Source: Bacteroidia bacterium (GTDB lineage: Bacteria; Bacteroidota; Bacteroidia; SpSt-205). From it: a DNA stretch of 64,000 nucleotides. Below the pieces are notes generated by a model. That model did not search any database. It was given only the letters and a program-made list of their open reading frames with translations, and was not told the origin of the DNA. Position 1 is the first letter of the stretch. Every line of letters starts with the position of its first letter. Of this stretch, positions 46,770 through 56,798 are shown piece after piece. The position numbers and the translations under genes are program-made. The DNA lies in NCBI GenBank assembly GCA_025059535.1, contig JANXCX010000019.1, positions 68,363 through 132,362 on the forward strand, in the 5' to 3' direction.

Positions 46770-48569
46770 ATGCGGCGCGCGGCCATAGTAATTGTACTCC
46801 TAACTAGTATTGTCCTAGCTTCCCTCTGGATGTATCGCCGTTTTTTGCGGCCGCCGGCACGCCCCACTTTATGGCAGAATCTACCTGCGGGCTTTTCGTT
46901 AGTGATTTATACGCCTTCTTTTGGGCAATCGTGGAAGCAACTTCGCCGCAGTCCCCTGTGGAATATTGGCTGGCAGAGCCCCCATCTTGCCAGCTTCTTC
47001 CAAGCCGCTGCGGCATGGGACTCTCTGCTGAAACGCTATACTTTCTTAGCCGAATGGCTTCTAAATAGGGGCATACTAATAGCTTTTTACAACCGAGAGC
47101 CCCTTTACTTGATTGAAGCGCCCTTTTTGGCTCAAATAGGGGATTGGCGCAGCCTTATGAGCCAGCTGGCCAGCGAGTATAACTGGCCGGTACGCTTAGT
47201 GGAAAAGGAGGGCTATGCGATGTGGAAGCTGCCCCAGGGATATTTGGCGCCAGCTGGTACGATACTCGTGTATGCAGAGCACCCGCGGCTAGTAGCTCGG
47301 TTCTTAAGCGGGGCTACGGGGGAAACGCCCCCCTGGCAGTGGCATAATCTCCCCGATGAAGTTTCCCCTTGGCTTTTTCTAGGTTGGCAGGGGGACTCTT
47401 TAGCGCATCTCTGGTCCCATCCCGCTTTAGCCTTCTTGAGTCTCCTCAAGTGGGGGGAGGCGCGCCTGCGCTTAGAAGAGGATGGACTTTATGCCGAGGG
47501 CCAGGTCTTAGCCGACACAGCGTTTTGGCGGCATATAGCCCCGAGCACCTTAGACGTAGCCGGCCTTTGCCCAGCTTCTACGCAAAGCTTTCTCCGTCTG
47601 CGGTTGGCTGATCCTCAGGCCTTCTACCGCACCTACCTCTTGAGGCAGTATGCCTCCGAAATCCAACAGGCTGAAAGCTGGCTGGGGTTTTCCTTTGAGA
47701 AACAGCTCCTAAGCCACTTTTCTGGCGAAATAGGGGTAGGACTTCTTTCTACTCCTTTTGTTCTTCTCCAAGCCAAAGAGGCCGAAGAGATCCAAGCTTC
47801 CCTTAAGAAGCTCGCTCGGCGGCTGGCCTATCGTACGCCTTTCACCGTAAAGCACACGGTCTATCGGGGCTACCCTATCCAGCAAATTACGCTTAAGCGC
47901 TTTTTCCGATGGCTATTGGGTCGAGCCTTTCAAGGCTGGGAAAGTCCTTACTTTCTTCAGGTAGGGGAATGGCTCGTTTTTGCGGATTCGGCTGTTACCC
48001 TTCAGGAGTGGTTAGATGCCTACCTGGCCCGGCGCAATCTTTATGAACGGGCGGATTTCAGCATGCCTTCGGAGCGCACTTTAGCCTTTTTCCATTTGTG
48101 GGCGAATCCACCTGACTGGCTTCGCCATTGGGTAGCCCCCGCAATGTATCCCAAATGGGCAAAAGAGCTGGCCGCCTGGAAGCAGGCCACCTTTGCGCTG
48201 CTGCCAAGTACAGGTTCTACACTTAGCCTACGCTTTCAACTCCTTTGGCAGTCTGATACTCTCCTTCCTTCTTCTTCCCCTCCTACTGCCCCACCTACCC
48301 TTGCGCTCTCTGATTCTACGAAAGATGGCCTGCAGGAGGAATTCTATCCGAATGGGGTGCTCAAGCGCCGCGTGTTGTATCTGGAGGGCAAACCAGAAGG
48401 GGAATATCGGGAGTATTACCCTAATGGCGTCATTAAGGTAGAGGGGCAGTATGAGCAGGGGGAAAAAGTAGGGCGCTGGCGCTACTACACCCCACAAGGC
48501 GAACTTTTGCGGGAGGAGGTCTGGAGCGCCGAGGAGCTGCCCGTCAAGGACACCGTAGCCGTGCCTTGA
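46770..48569 (+). CDS. Membrane-anchored hypothetical protein with C-terminal MORN-variant repeats
   Basis: N-terminal transmembrane helix (IVIVLLTSIVLASLW). C-terminal EEFYPNGVLKRRVLYLEGKPEGEYREYYPNGVIKVEGQYEQGEKVGRWRYYTPQGEL is a YwqK/MORN-type repeat. Confidence 0.55.
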   Translation: MRRAAIVIVLLTSIVLASLWMYRRFLRPPARPTLWQNLPAGFSLVIYTPSFGQSWKQLRRSPLWNIGWQSPHLASFFQAAAAWDSLLKRYTFLAEWLLNRGILIAFYNREPLYLIEAPFLAQIGDWRSLMSQLASEYNWPVRLVEKEGYAMWKLPQGYLAPAGTILVYAEHPRLVARFLSGATGETPPWQWHNLPDEVSPWLFLGWQGDSLAHLWSHPALAFLSLLKWGEARLRLEEDGLYAEGQVLADTAFWRHIAPSTLDVAGLCPASTQSFLRLRLADPQAFYRTYLLRQYASEIQQAESWLGFSFEKQLLSHFSGEIGVGLLSTPFVLLQAKEAEEIQASLKKLARRLAYRTPFTVKHTVYRGYPIQQITLKRFFRWLLGRAFQGWESPYFLQVGEWLVFADSAVTLQEWLDAYLARRNLYERADFSMPSERTLAFFHLWANPPDWLRHWVAPAMYPKWAKELAAWKQATFALLPSTGSTLSLRFQLLWQSDTLLPSSSPPTAPPTLALSDSTKDGLQEEFYPNGVLKRRVLYLEGKPEGEYREYYPNGVIKVEGQYEQGEKVGRWRYYTPQGELLREEVWSAEELPVKDTVAVP

Positions 48570-49119
48570 GGATCTGGTAGGCGTGGGATTCGGCGCCGTA
48601 GTACTTAGCGGTCGCGCCGCGTCGGAGCCATACGCAGGCCGAGTCGGGTTCCAACCGAGCCAAGAGGAGGTAAGCTAGTCCGCAGGCGGAGTCTTGTTGG
48701 AGCACTTCGGCGAGGTATTGGCGGGCTTTAGTAGGCTGGCCTATGTGCCAAGAAAGGCGAGCCAGGTAGGCGCGTGCCACCGGATGGGCGGTCATCTGGC
48801 GCAGACGCTGGATATACACCATAGGTGAGCCGCCTTCTAGCTGATCCGCCGCATACAGCAGGGTATAAGCCACCCCTAAGGCATAGGCGGGTGTATCGGT
48901 TTCCTGCACGGTGCGCGCGTACTGGAAAGCCGCCTGGCGCACTGAGGCCCCTAAGGTTTCCCCTAGTTCCAGCCGCCAGAAAGCCTGCGCTAAGGCCTCC
49001 AGCCCGGCGGCAGACCGCCTAAGAGTGCGGCGCTGCCCTAAAAACAGAAGCCCCACCCCCGCTCCTACCGCAGTTAGAAACCAGAGAATCCAGCGACTAA
49101 GCTCGCCGCTTAGCCTCAA
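48544..49119 (-). CDS. Membrane-anchored hypothetical protein (helical, TPR-like)
   Basis: 191 aa. N-terminal transmembrane segment WILWFLTAVGAGVGLLFLG. The remainder is predicted alpha-helical. Confidence 0.4.
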   Translation of the reverse strand: MRLSGELSRWILWFLTAVGAGVGLLFLGQRRTLRRSAAGLEALAQAFWRLELGETLGASVRQAAFQYARTVQETDTPAYALGVAYTLLYAADQLEGGSPMVYIQRLRQMTAHPVARAYLARLSWHIGQPTKARQYLAEVLQQDSACGLAYLLLARLEPDSACVWLRRGATAKYYGAESHAYQILKARLRCP

Positions 49120-49414
49120 AGCGTTTTAGCAAACCTTGATCCGCTTGAAGGCGAGCCTGTAGCTTCTCCGAAGGCTCAAAGGCCAGCTTAAGACGCGCCG
49201 GGATGGTGATAGTTTGCCCAGTTCGAATAAGACGCCCCTTGCGTGGCCGCTGATACTTGAGGCGGAACATGCCAAAGCCCCGCAGCGCCACTTCGCCACC
49301 CCGCATGAGTTCGTCTTCCATGCCTTCTAGGATAGCCTTGAGTACGGCCGCTACATCACCCCGAGAAAGCCCAGTCTTTTCACTGGCATAGCGTATGAGG
49401 TCTTTGCGCGTCAT
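49097..49414 (-). CDS. HU/IHF-family DNA-binding protein
   Basis: MTRKDLIRYASEKTGLSRGDVAAVLKAILEGMEDEL...RGFGMFRLKYQRPRKGRLIRTGQTITIPAR is a canonical HU fold sequence. Start placed at the internal Met. Confidence 0.75.
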   Translation of the reverse strand: MTRKDLIRYASEKTGLSRGDVAAVLKAILEGMEDELMRGGEVALRGFGMFRLKYQRPRKGRLIRTGQTITIPARLKLAFEPSEKLQARLQADQGLLKRFEAKRRA

Positions 49415-50168
49415 GCCCCGCAAATCTACAATACCGCTCCCATACTTCTTCAAGGGCGGTGTGCGGTATAGCCAACGCTAGTCCTTCGTAGGTCCCTGAG
49501 CGGGTGGCCATATCGGATACCATGCCTACTACGAGGCCTTCAGCATTCAGCACGGGGCTGCCGGAGCTGCCTGGCTGCACCGCCAGAGCCAACTGCAGCA
49601 AAGGCTGGGCGGCGCCCCCCTCTAAACTCAGCCATCGGAGAGGCCCAGCCACAAATCCCTCATATAGCGTCCCAATTAGGCCCCAAGGCGCCCCAACCGA
49701 ATACACGCTCCAACCTACTGGCACCGCCTCCCCCTGATACAGCCGTAACCCCTCTCGGGCTAAAGTAGCGTTATACAGCAGGGCCACATCGGCGAGGCTA
49801 TCACGCCACACTACCTCCATCGTATAAGAATTTCCCTCGTAGTCCCATGCTTTTATTTCCATAGGCCCCTTTTTCTCTGGGAGCAGGTGGCGGCAGGTAA
49901 ATACATGCCCTGACCGATAGAGCCAGCCAGTACCCCGATGCACTTCGTGGAGATAGGCCTGTCTTACATGCACTTCTAAGCGGAAGGTGAAAGGAAGGAC
50001 TTTCCGCCACAAGCTGTGCCGTAGCCCTTCCACATAAGAAGGTCCTGACTGCCTAGAAAGGGAGTCCGGTGAATCCAGCTGAGAGGAAACCTTAGGCCTA
50101 CATCCAACTAAACCTACGATTCCGAGTACGCTACAATAGGGTTTCAGCCAACTGCTGGGCGCGCGCAT
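49380..50168 (-). CDS. Trypsin-like (S1 family) serine protease lipoprotein
   Basis: Lipobox LVGC. Catalytic triad contexts FTCRHLL (His), DVALL (Asp), GSSGSPV (Ser). Confidence 0.65.
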   Translation of the reverse strand: MRAPSSWLKPYCSVLGIVGLVGCRPKVSSQLDSPDSLSRQSGPSYVEGLRHSLWRKVLPFTFRLEVHVRQAYLHEVHRGTGWLYRSGHVFTCRHLLPEKKGPMEIKAWDYEGNSYTMEVVWRDSLADVALLYNATLAREGLRLYQGEAVPVGWSVYSVGAPWGLIGTLYEGFVAGPLRWLSLEGGAAQPLLQLALAVQPGSSGSPVLNAEGLVVGMVSDMATRSGTYEGLALAIPHTALEEVWERYCRFAGHDAQRPHTLCQ

Positions 50169-50871
50169 AGTCCTCAGGCGTATCTACCGAAAAGGTACGA
50201 AATGGCGTTTCCCGCACCCAAATCTCGTAGCCATGGTAAAGCCACCGCAGCTGCTCCAGCTGCTCCGCTTCTTCCATGGGTACGGGTGAAAGGGCCACAA
50301 TCTCCATCAGTACCGAACGATGATACCCATACAGCCCCACATGCCGGTAGTAAGCAAAGCGCGTCAAGATCTCAGGACTTGTTAGAGGTAAATCACGCGG
50401 ACAGGGGATAATTGCACGCGAAAAGTAAAGGGCCTTGCCCTCTTTATTTGGTATAACCTTCACCACAGAAGGCGTCAAAAGCTCTTCTAGCTGATGGATG
50501 CGCGTCATGAGCGTCACTAAGGGGTAGCGCTGAAGGGCTTCCAAAAGGAGGATAAGCTGCTTAGCCTCTAAAAAGGGCTCATCGGCTTGAATATTGACGT
50601 AGGCGTCGTAGATGAATTTCTCGGCTACTTCGGCCACGCGCTCGGTACCAGAGGCATGGGTCGTACGCGTCATGATAGCGCGTCCGCCGAAGCGCTCTAC
50701 CGCCTCCACCACGCGCATGTCATCGGTAGCTACGAGGAGCGCGTCCTGAAATACGGGTTGCGCCCGTTCATACACATGCTGTACCATAGGCTTGCCTCGA
50801 AGAGGAAGGAGGACCTTACCTGGCAAGCGCTGTGAGTGATAGCGCGCAGGAATCACCCCAAGTACGCGCAT
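50131..50871 (-). CDS. kdsB: 3-deoxy-manno-octulosonate cytidylyltransferase (CMP-Kdo synthetase)
   Basis: MRVLGVIPARYHSQRLPGKVLLPLRGKPMVQHVYERA matches the KdsB N-terminus. Confidence 0.85.
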   Translation of the reverse strand: MRVLGVIPARYHSQRLPGKVLLPLRGKPMVQHVYERAQPVFQDALLVATDDMRVVEAVERFGGRAIMTRTTHASGTERVAEVAEKFIYDAYVNIQADEPFLEAKQLILLLEALQRYPLVTLMTRIHQLEELLTPSVVKVIPNKEGKALYFSRAIIPCPRDLPLTSPEILTRFAYYRHVGLYGYHRSVLMEIVALSPVPMEEAEQLEQLRWLYHGYEIWVRETPFRTFSVDTPEDYARAQQLAETLL

Positions 50872-50919
50872 ACGCCTCCTTTGACAAACCTAATGCCAGT
50901 CCGCCATACCTTCGCATAG

Positions 50920-52233
50920 ATGCAGTTGGTTTGGGCGGATGAAAAAGGCCGCCTTTATGAGGCCCCAGGGTGGGAAGCCGTAGGGCGCAGCGGATTCTGG
51001 TACTTTCCCTGGCGGTATTATGGCCGCTGGATACCCCTACCGCCTGGAAGTAGGCTATTCCACTTAGTAGGGCGCCGGCCTTTAGGTTTAGACCCGAAGG
51101 GCCGCCTAAGACCCTACCCAAAGGGCTGGGCCGTAGCCGCTTTCATTGCCCCAGCCCATACCCAGCTGGCTTCAGCCGCCTACATAAACGGCCCTGAAGC
51201 CCCTACTCTACCGCTTTACGCCTACACGGCCGTAGGCTGGCATCAAGGAAAGTTCTATGTCCCAGCTATCCGGATAGACCCCCAACCGCGTCAGGATGTG
51301 CGGTATTTTTCCCATAAGGCGATTGCTCAAGGGGCGCAGGCCCTGCAGCGCCGCTTCCCACATAATAGGCTGGTTCAGCACCTCATGGACAATTGCGTGG
51401 CGCGCTATGCCTGCCCGGCCGCCCAGAATTTAGCCTTAGGCCGATGGGAATGCCCCCTGCCTACCTCACCTGGCTGCAACGCCGCCTGCCTCGGGTGTAT
51501 CTCGCTTCAGGACCCTCGGGAATCTCCGCTAACCAGCCCCCAAGAGCGGCTAGCCTTCCGCCCCACCGCTGAAGAAATCGCCGAACTAGCTATATATCAC
51601 CTGGAAAACGCTCCAGCGCCCATCGTAAGCTTTGGTCAAGGGTGCGAAGGGGAGCCTCTCCTTGTATGGCCTACTATCCTAGAAGCGGTTCAGCTTATTC
51701 GCCGTAAAACTAAACGCGGCCTCATCAATCTAAACACGAATGGGAGCTGGCCCCATATTATAGAGAAGCTGGCCCAAAGTGGCGTGGACAGCTTCCGAAT
51801 TAGCCTCAATAGCGCCCAAGCGACCTGGTATGAAACCTATTACCGCCCCCGCCATTATACCTTTGCCGACGTACAAGAATCTATCCGCTGTGCCACTCGG
51901 CTAGGGAAATGGGTATCCATCAACTACTTTACCCTGCCAGGTTTTACCGACCAGCCGGCTGAATTCGCCGCCCTGCGTCAGCTTATCCAGACGACCCAGC
52001 TTCACATGATTCAGTGGCGCAACTTCAACATAGACCCAGACTGGTACGCGGAGCGTATGGGCTTCAAAAAGGAGGATTTGGAGAAACCGCTGGGGATACG
52101 GTTTATCTTGCACCAGCTTCGCCGAGAATTCCCTCATATTCGCTACGGCTACTTCAACCCAACCGCCTCATTCATCCAAAAGAATTTAGGGTTTTCTTCA
52201 GCTGGCTCGCTTTCCTTGCCTTCCCCTATCTGA
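50920..52233 (+). CDS. Radical SAM protein with an uncharacterised ~180-aa N-terminal domain
   Basis: Single CxxxCxxC cluster (SPGCNAACLGC) at about aa 185. Partial TIM-barrel motifs (GEPLL, NLNTNGS). The N-terminal region is Trp/Tyr/Pro-rich with no recognised family. Confidence 0.6.
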   Translation: MQLVWADEKGRLYEAPGWEAVGRSGFWYFPWRYYGRWIPLPPGSRLFHLVGRRPLGLDPKGRLRPYPKGWAVAAFIAPAHTQLASAAYINGPEAPTLPLYAYTAVGWHQGKFYVPAIRIDPQPRQDVRYFSHKAIAQGAQALQRRFPHNRLVQHLMDNCVARYACPAAQNLALGRWECPLPTSPGCNAACLGCISLQDPRESPLTSPQERLAFRPTAEEIAELAIYHLENAPAPIVSFGQGCEGEPLLVWPTILEAVQLIRRKTKRGLINLNTNGSWPHIIEKLAQSGVDSFRISLNSAQATWYETYYRPRHYTFADVQESIRCATRLGKWVSINYFTLPGFTDQPAEFAALRQLIQTTQLHMIQWRNFNIDPDWYAERMGFKKEDLEKPLGIRFILHQLRREFPHIRYGYFNPTASFIQKNLGFSSAGSLSLPSPI

Positions 52234-52290
52234 GATTGGAGGGCTTGCAGGCATCCGGTCTTCTCAGACTGCTTGTAGGCGCGGGGCTGA

Positions 52291-54722
52291 TGAGCGTAGG
52301 TGTAGCTCAGCCCTTTTCGTTGCGCGGGCTAGTGCGGACGCCCGACGGAAAACCCATCGGGTATGCGATCATACGCCTGCCTTATACAGGCTTCCAGAGC
52401 ATAGCCTCCATAGAAGGGGCTTTCACGCTCAGCCTACTTCAGGATACCGTTACCTTAGAAATCCGCCACTTAGGCTACAAAACCTACCGAGCCAAGCTAA
52501 ACCTAGACTCCTTAGGGTCCGGCCCACACACCTTTGTACTTTATCCTCAAGAAATCGTCCTGCCTGGGATAATAATTACACAGGATGACCGAGATCCAGG
52601 GGAAACGCTGATACGGCGGGCTATCGCGGCCAAAGCTGCAAATCGGCGGTGCCTTTCGGCTTTCCAAGCTGAGGCTTACACCCTTTATACCGTGCGCGTA
52701 CGGGATATTTCGGAAAGGCTCTGGAAGCTTCTTCGCAGCTCCGACTCGTTGCCCACGGGGATTTTGCTTTTGAGTGAAGCCTTCTCCACCCTTTACTTCG
52801 TTGCGCCAGATAAATACCGGGAGGAGATTCGGCATTCACGCTTTATTGGTCAGCGGCGCTATAGCTTTTTAGGAAATTGGATTTTTGCGGGTTTTGACCC
52901 CTATGGCGAGCGGGCGGCCTTCCCTGAACTCACCGAAACCCCCTTTGTACTTCCCTTAGCCACCGATGCCCCCCTCTACTATACTTATCGCCTCTTAGGT
53001 AGCTTTTACGAGGAAGGCATCCTTTTTTACAAGATTCAGGTAGTGCCTAAGAGCCGATTTTCCCCCTGTGTGGAGGGGTATGTAATTATAGCGGATGAAA
53101 GCTATGCGCTGGTAGGGTTAGAATGGCAGGCCCAAGCGCCGCGCCCTCTACGCTATACAGACAGTCTGAGTCTGCGCGCTACCTATATTCCTGTAGGTGG
53201 ATGCTACGCTATAGCCGAAATAAACTTTTGGGGCGACTTTCACCTTAGCGTAAGCCTCTTGGGTGAGATTAAGTTTCGGGGCGAAGGGTATGCCTCTTAC
53301 AGGCGGTATGTGCCCTTGGTCGTGGGCCAGAAGCCCTCTAAGCGAAGGCCCCAACAAGCGGCTGGAAAGCCACAAGCCCCTACCTTAGGGCCATCGGAAG
53401 CTAAGGAGACCTTGAGAGTGGCCCGAATAGATTTTGGGGAAATGGTATGGATTTCGCCGCGCGCTTCGGCGGCCTCAGAGGCTTTTTGGGACAGTGTGCG
53501 ATCGGCGCCCTTGGACTCTTTACAAGCGGCTTATATTCAGCGGCATGATAGCTTAATAGCCCAGCGTGATTCAGCGGCCCAAACGGCGCGTTTGCGGCGC
53601 TGGGAGTGGGAAGGATGGGGACTTAGATTCGCCTGGCCTCAGCGAGACTTTAGGCTAAAGGTTTATTTAGGCTTACCTGCTTATACGCCTCTGGAGGGTT
53701 GGGCCTTGCCTTTCCATACTGAGGTGCAGGCAGATAAGCACGCCTTTTCCGCTACTGTGCGGTACGGTTTCGGCTGGGAGAAAGCCTTAGTGCAACTAGG
53801 TTGGCGCACAGCCAGCCTGCGATTCCCTTTATGGCGACTCCAGGTACGCGGGGGTACGGAGCTAAGCGAGCCTACAGAAGTCCTCCAAGTACCGTTATGG
53901 TGGAATACGCTCTACTACCTTTGGCGCAGAGAACACCTATGGCAAGGCTATCCACGCACCTTCATAGAGGCGTATGGCCAAAGGCACCTCTCCCGTGCGG
54001 TAGTCGCAGCTTTGAAAGTAGGATATGACCAGAGGTCTAGGCAAGCGGGCCTCGGACCGTATTATTACGGGGTGCGCATAGGGGTAGGGCTGGCGTGGCA
54101 GCCAGGCGTACGGCTTTTTACTACCCCGCGCCGCACGCTTATCCTTCCGCCTGAGAGGACGCTTACTTGGGAAGTGCAGGGTGTTAGCGAAGTGGCTTTT
54201 CTTCCCCTTCCTTTGCTTGCGGTAGGGTTAGAAATTAGACCTACCCTCGGGATTAGCCCGTTTGGACGATTGTATTTTCGGCTGGCCAGTGGGTGGCAGA
54301 ATCGCCTGGCCCCCTGGGCCGATGCCCTTTACCTATCGGCAGCGCCTTTTCCTTTTCATCTAGCGGAGGGGGAGTTCCGTCGCACCTTCCTTTACACTCC
54401 CTTGGGCGTTTCAATGGGCCAGCTTCAGGTTACTTGGCGACCTGAGGGAAGTCTAGTGCGCCTCATCCCCCTGTTCCGGCGAAGCAGTTGGCAGGAGAGT
54501 TTTACCCTTCGCCTGGCCCAGGGCTCGGCTGGACCGCTCTATGCTGAGGGGAGCTTTTACCTGCTGCGTTTGGCCTTGCGGTTGCGAAAAACCGATCTAA
54601 GCCAGTGGCTGAGTATCGGGTTTCATGCGCCGCTGCGTAGCGTACGGGGAGGGTGGCTTCTAACCGTAGGGTTAGGCGAACCGGCTTTTTCTCCTTTATT
54701 GCCTAAGCTTAGCTTGCTGTGA
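52291..54722 (+). CDS. Secreted CarboxypepD_reg-domain protein (DUF5686-like)
   Basis: Start moved to MSVGVAQPFS (signal peptide), because the ORF-track start overlaps the radical-SAM gene by 220 nt. LRGLVRTPDGKPIGYAIIRL is a carboxypeptidase-regulatory-like domain. The remainder is a large beta-rich body. Confidence 0.55.
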
Positions 54723-55585
54723 GGGCCCGATGGTGGCCAGCCCATAAAGTAGAAGCCCTATGGACGGAAAAGGGAAGCGCAGGGGAGCCTTTTGCTACCT
54801 TAAGCTGGTGGCAGCGAGAGCCCCATTGGGGGGGCCTCGTAATAGAAGAAGGTAGCCAGCCGGTAGCTCTAATGCCCCTTCACTGGCGCCAGGTGGCTTT
54901 TTTTCGGTTTTATCGGCAGCCTCTCCCTCTTCCATGGACACCCATTATCCTTTGGTCCCCTCTACCCCAGCGCCCAGATAGGCAAACTCGCCTATGGGCA
55001 CGCGTGCTAGGGGCTATAGCGGAATGGATACGGGGAGAGCGCTTAGCCTATTTTTCTTTCGTACTCCCCCCTCCAAGTTGTTACGAGCCAGCTTGGGCCC
55101 AGCGCAGGTTGGCTCTTTATGCTACGGGTAGTTTTATTCTTCCGCCTGGGACTTTTGCCCCTTCGGCTGAATTGCGACGAAAAGCCCGACAAGCCGCTGG
55201 ATTCCCCTTTCAAAGGATGAATTTAGAGGAGGCCTTAGCCCTGTGGGAGGCCTATCGCCCCGCTGGTGTCTCTTCCACTATGGGGCAGGCGATTCGGCGT
55301 CACCTGACCCCCGAGTATTGGCGGGCCTATGCGGTAGGAGAGCCGCCTTTGGCCCTAGGCCTTTTTATGTGGGGAAAGGAACGGGTATGGTATATGGCCA
55401 GTATGTACCGTGCACCCAGCCAGGCTACCACGCGCCTCCTGTATGAAGTAATTCAGATAGCTCATGAAGAGGGGCGTCTATTTGACTTTTGGGGCTCTGT
55501 ATTGCCCGGGGTGGAACGCTTCTTTCAGCAGTTTGGGGGACAGTGGGAGGTGCGATGTAGGGTACAGACTTGGCGCTTCTGGTAG
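54719..55585 (+). CDS. Hypothetical protein (possible acyl-CoA N-acyltransferase/FemAB-like fold)
   Basis: 288 aa. GTG start overlapping the upstream stop. No catalytic motif confidently recognised. Confidence 0.35.
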   Translation: MRARWWPAHKVEALWTEKGSAGEPFATLSWWQREPHWGGLVIEEGSQPVALMPLHWRQVAFFRFYRQPLPLPWTPIILWSPLPQRPDRQTRLWARVLGAIAEWIRGERLAYFSFVLPPPSCYEPAWAQRRLALYATGSFILPPGTFAPSAELRRKARQAAGFPFQRMNLEEALALWEAYRPAGVSSTMGQAIRRHLTPEYWRAYAVGEPPLALGLFMWGKERVWYMASMYRAPSQATTRLLYEVIQIAHEEGRLFDFWGSVLPGVERFFQQFGGQWEVRCRVQTWRFW

Positions 55586-55592
55586 CCTTTTC

Positions 55593-56774
55593 TTAGAATG
55601 GACGCCCCACCCGCACCATGGCGCAACGGAAACCTATCGTAGCTGAGGAGGAGTCTGCATAAAAGAAGCGGCGCGCACCGCAGGTAACATAATACGCTAT
55701 ATCGGCCCACGAGCCCCCTCTATATACTTTGGCGGCATCTGCCTGTAGGTCAGGCCAAGGGGAGTTCCCACCCGCGCGCGGGCTGTATAGGATAGTACCC
55801 TGCACATAATCCACATCCGACTGAAGCGGATCACTAGTAACTAGCCCGCGTCGACGGTGAGGATTGAAGTCTTCGGCGTCCTCATAGGTAAGGATGCGGT
55901 AGGTGTCCTCCGTCCATTCGGCTACATTACCTGCCATATTGTACAGGCCGAAGTCATTTGGCAAAAAGGCCTTGACGGGCGCAGGGATCATATAACGGTC
56001 ATTGAGGCCTTCGTAGAGGAGGGACCCACCTTTATTGGAGCGGCCGGCGTAATCCCCGCGCCCCCGCTTGAAGTTAGCGCGAAAGCGTCCCTTTAGGTCC
56101 CGCATACTACGGCCCTCCCAGGGATAAAGCTCTTGTTCGTAGCCGCCCCGCGCCGCATATTCCCATTCGGCTTCGGTAGGTAGACGATAGTCCGGATACA
56201 GTACAGCATCCGGATCCTTTTCCAAGAGTTGTTTATTCACTATAGCCGTGCGCCAAGCGGCAAACTCGCGTGCCTGATGCCAATTTACCCCAACTACCGG
56301 ATACATGTTGAAGTTCTCATGTTGGAAATAGTAGCGCACATACGGGTCATTATAGGCCATCTCGCGCATCCACACATTTGTATCTGGATAAAGCAATTGG
56401 GCTTTTTGCTCGCCTGAGTCTTGCTGAACATAGAATAGGAACTGCTTGTATTCTACATTGGGCACCTCGGTCTCGTCCATGTAAAAGCTAGCTACGGTAA
56501 CTTGACGAATGAGGGCATTATGCTCATGGTCTAGATCTTTTTCCATATTCCCCATGTGGAAGGTACCCCCTTCTATAAAGACCATGCCAGGGGCAGGCGG
56601 CATTTCCCGATAGGGTTTTACATAGAAGCCTTCACCGGGTTTGCGAGAAAATTTCAGGCCAGTGAGACGGCTGCGACCACCGGGGTCTTCTAAGTTCTCG
56701 CCTCCTCCACAGGCAACTGTCAGAAATCCTGCCAGGATACAAGCGGCGACAAAACCTATGCCGTGCGACCTCAT
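55593..56774 (-). CDS. gldK: GldK/PorK-family lipoprotein (FGE-sulfatase/SUMF1-like fold)
   Basis: Lipobox LTVAC. GMVFIEGGTFHMGN...RQVTVASFYMDETEVPNVEYKQF aligns with the GldK/PorK N-terminus. C-terminal GGSWAD...GFRCA is the FGE-like motif. Only 393 aa (GldK is usually ~460-490). Confidence 0.7.
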   Translation of the reverse strand: MRSHGIGFVAACILAGFLTVACGGGENLEDPGGRSRLTGLKFSRKPGEGFYVKPYREMPPAPGMVFIEGGTFHMGNMEKDLDHEHNALIRQVTVASFYMDETEVPNVEYKQFLFYVQQDSGEQKAQLLYPDTNVWMREMAYNDPYVRYYFQHENFNMYPVVGVNWHQAREFAAWRTAIVNKQLLEKDPDAVLYPDYRLPTEAEWEYAARGGYEQELYPWEGRSMRDLKGRFRANFKRGRGDYAGRSNKGGSLLYEGLNDRYMIPAPVKAFLPNDFGLYNMAGNVAEWTEDTYRILTYEDAEDFNPHRRRGLVTSDPLQSDVDYVQGTILYSPRAGGNSPWPDLQADAAKVYRGGSWADIAYYVTCGARRFFYADSSSATIGFRCAMVRVGRPF

Positions 56775-56798
56775 AAGCGAGACAAAGGTAAGGTTTTC

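Noticed and set aside
52014-52290. Annotated 5' extension of the 902-aa ORF overlapping the radical-SAM gene by 220 nt
   Set aside because: The extension has no signal peptide, and the overlap is implausibly long. An internal Met at about 52291 is followed by a clear signal peptide and the CarboxypepD_reg domain.
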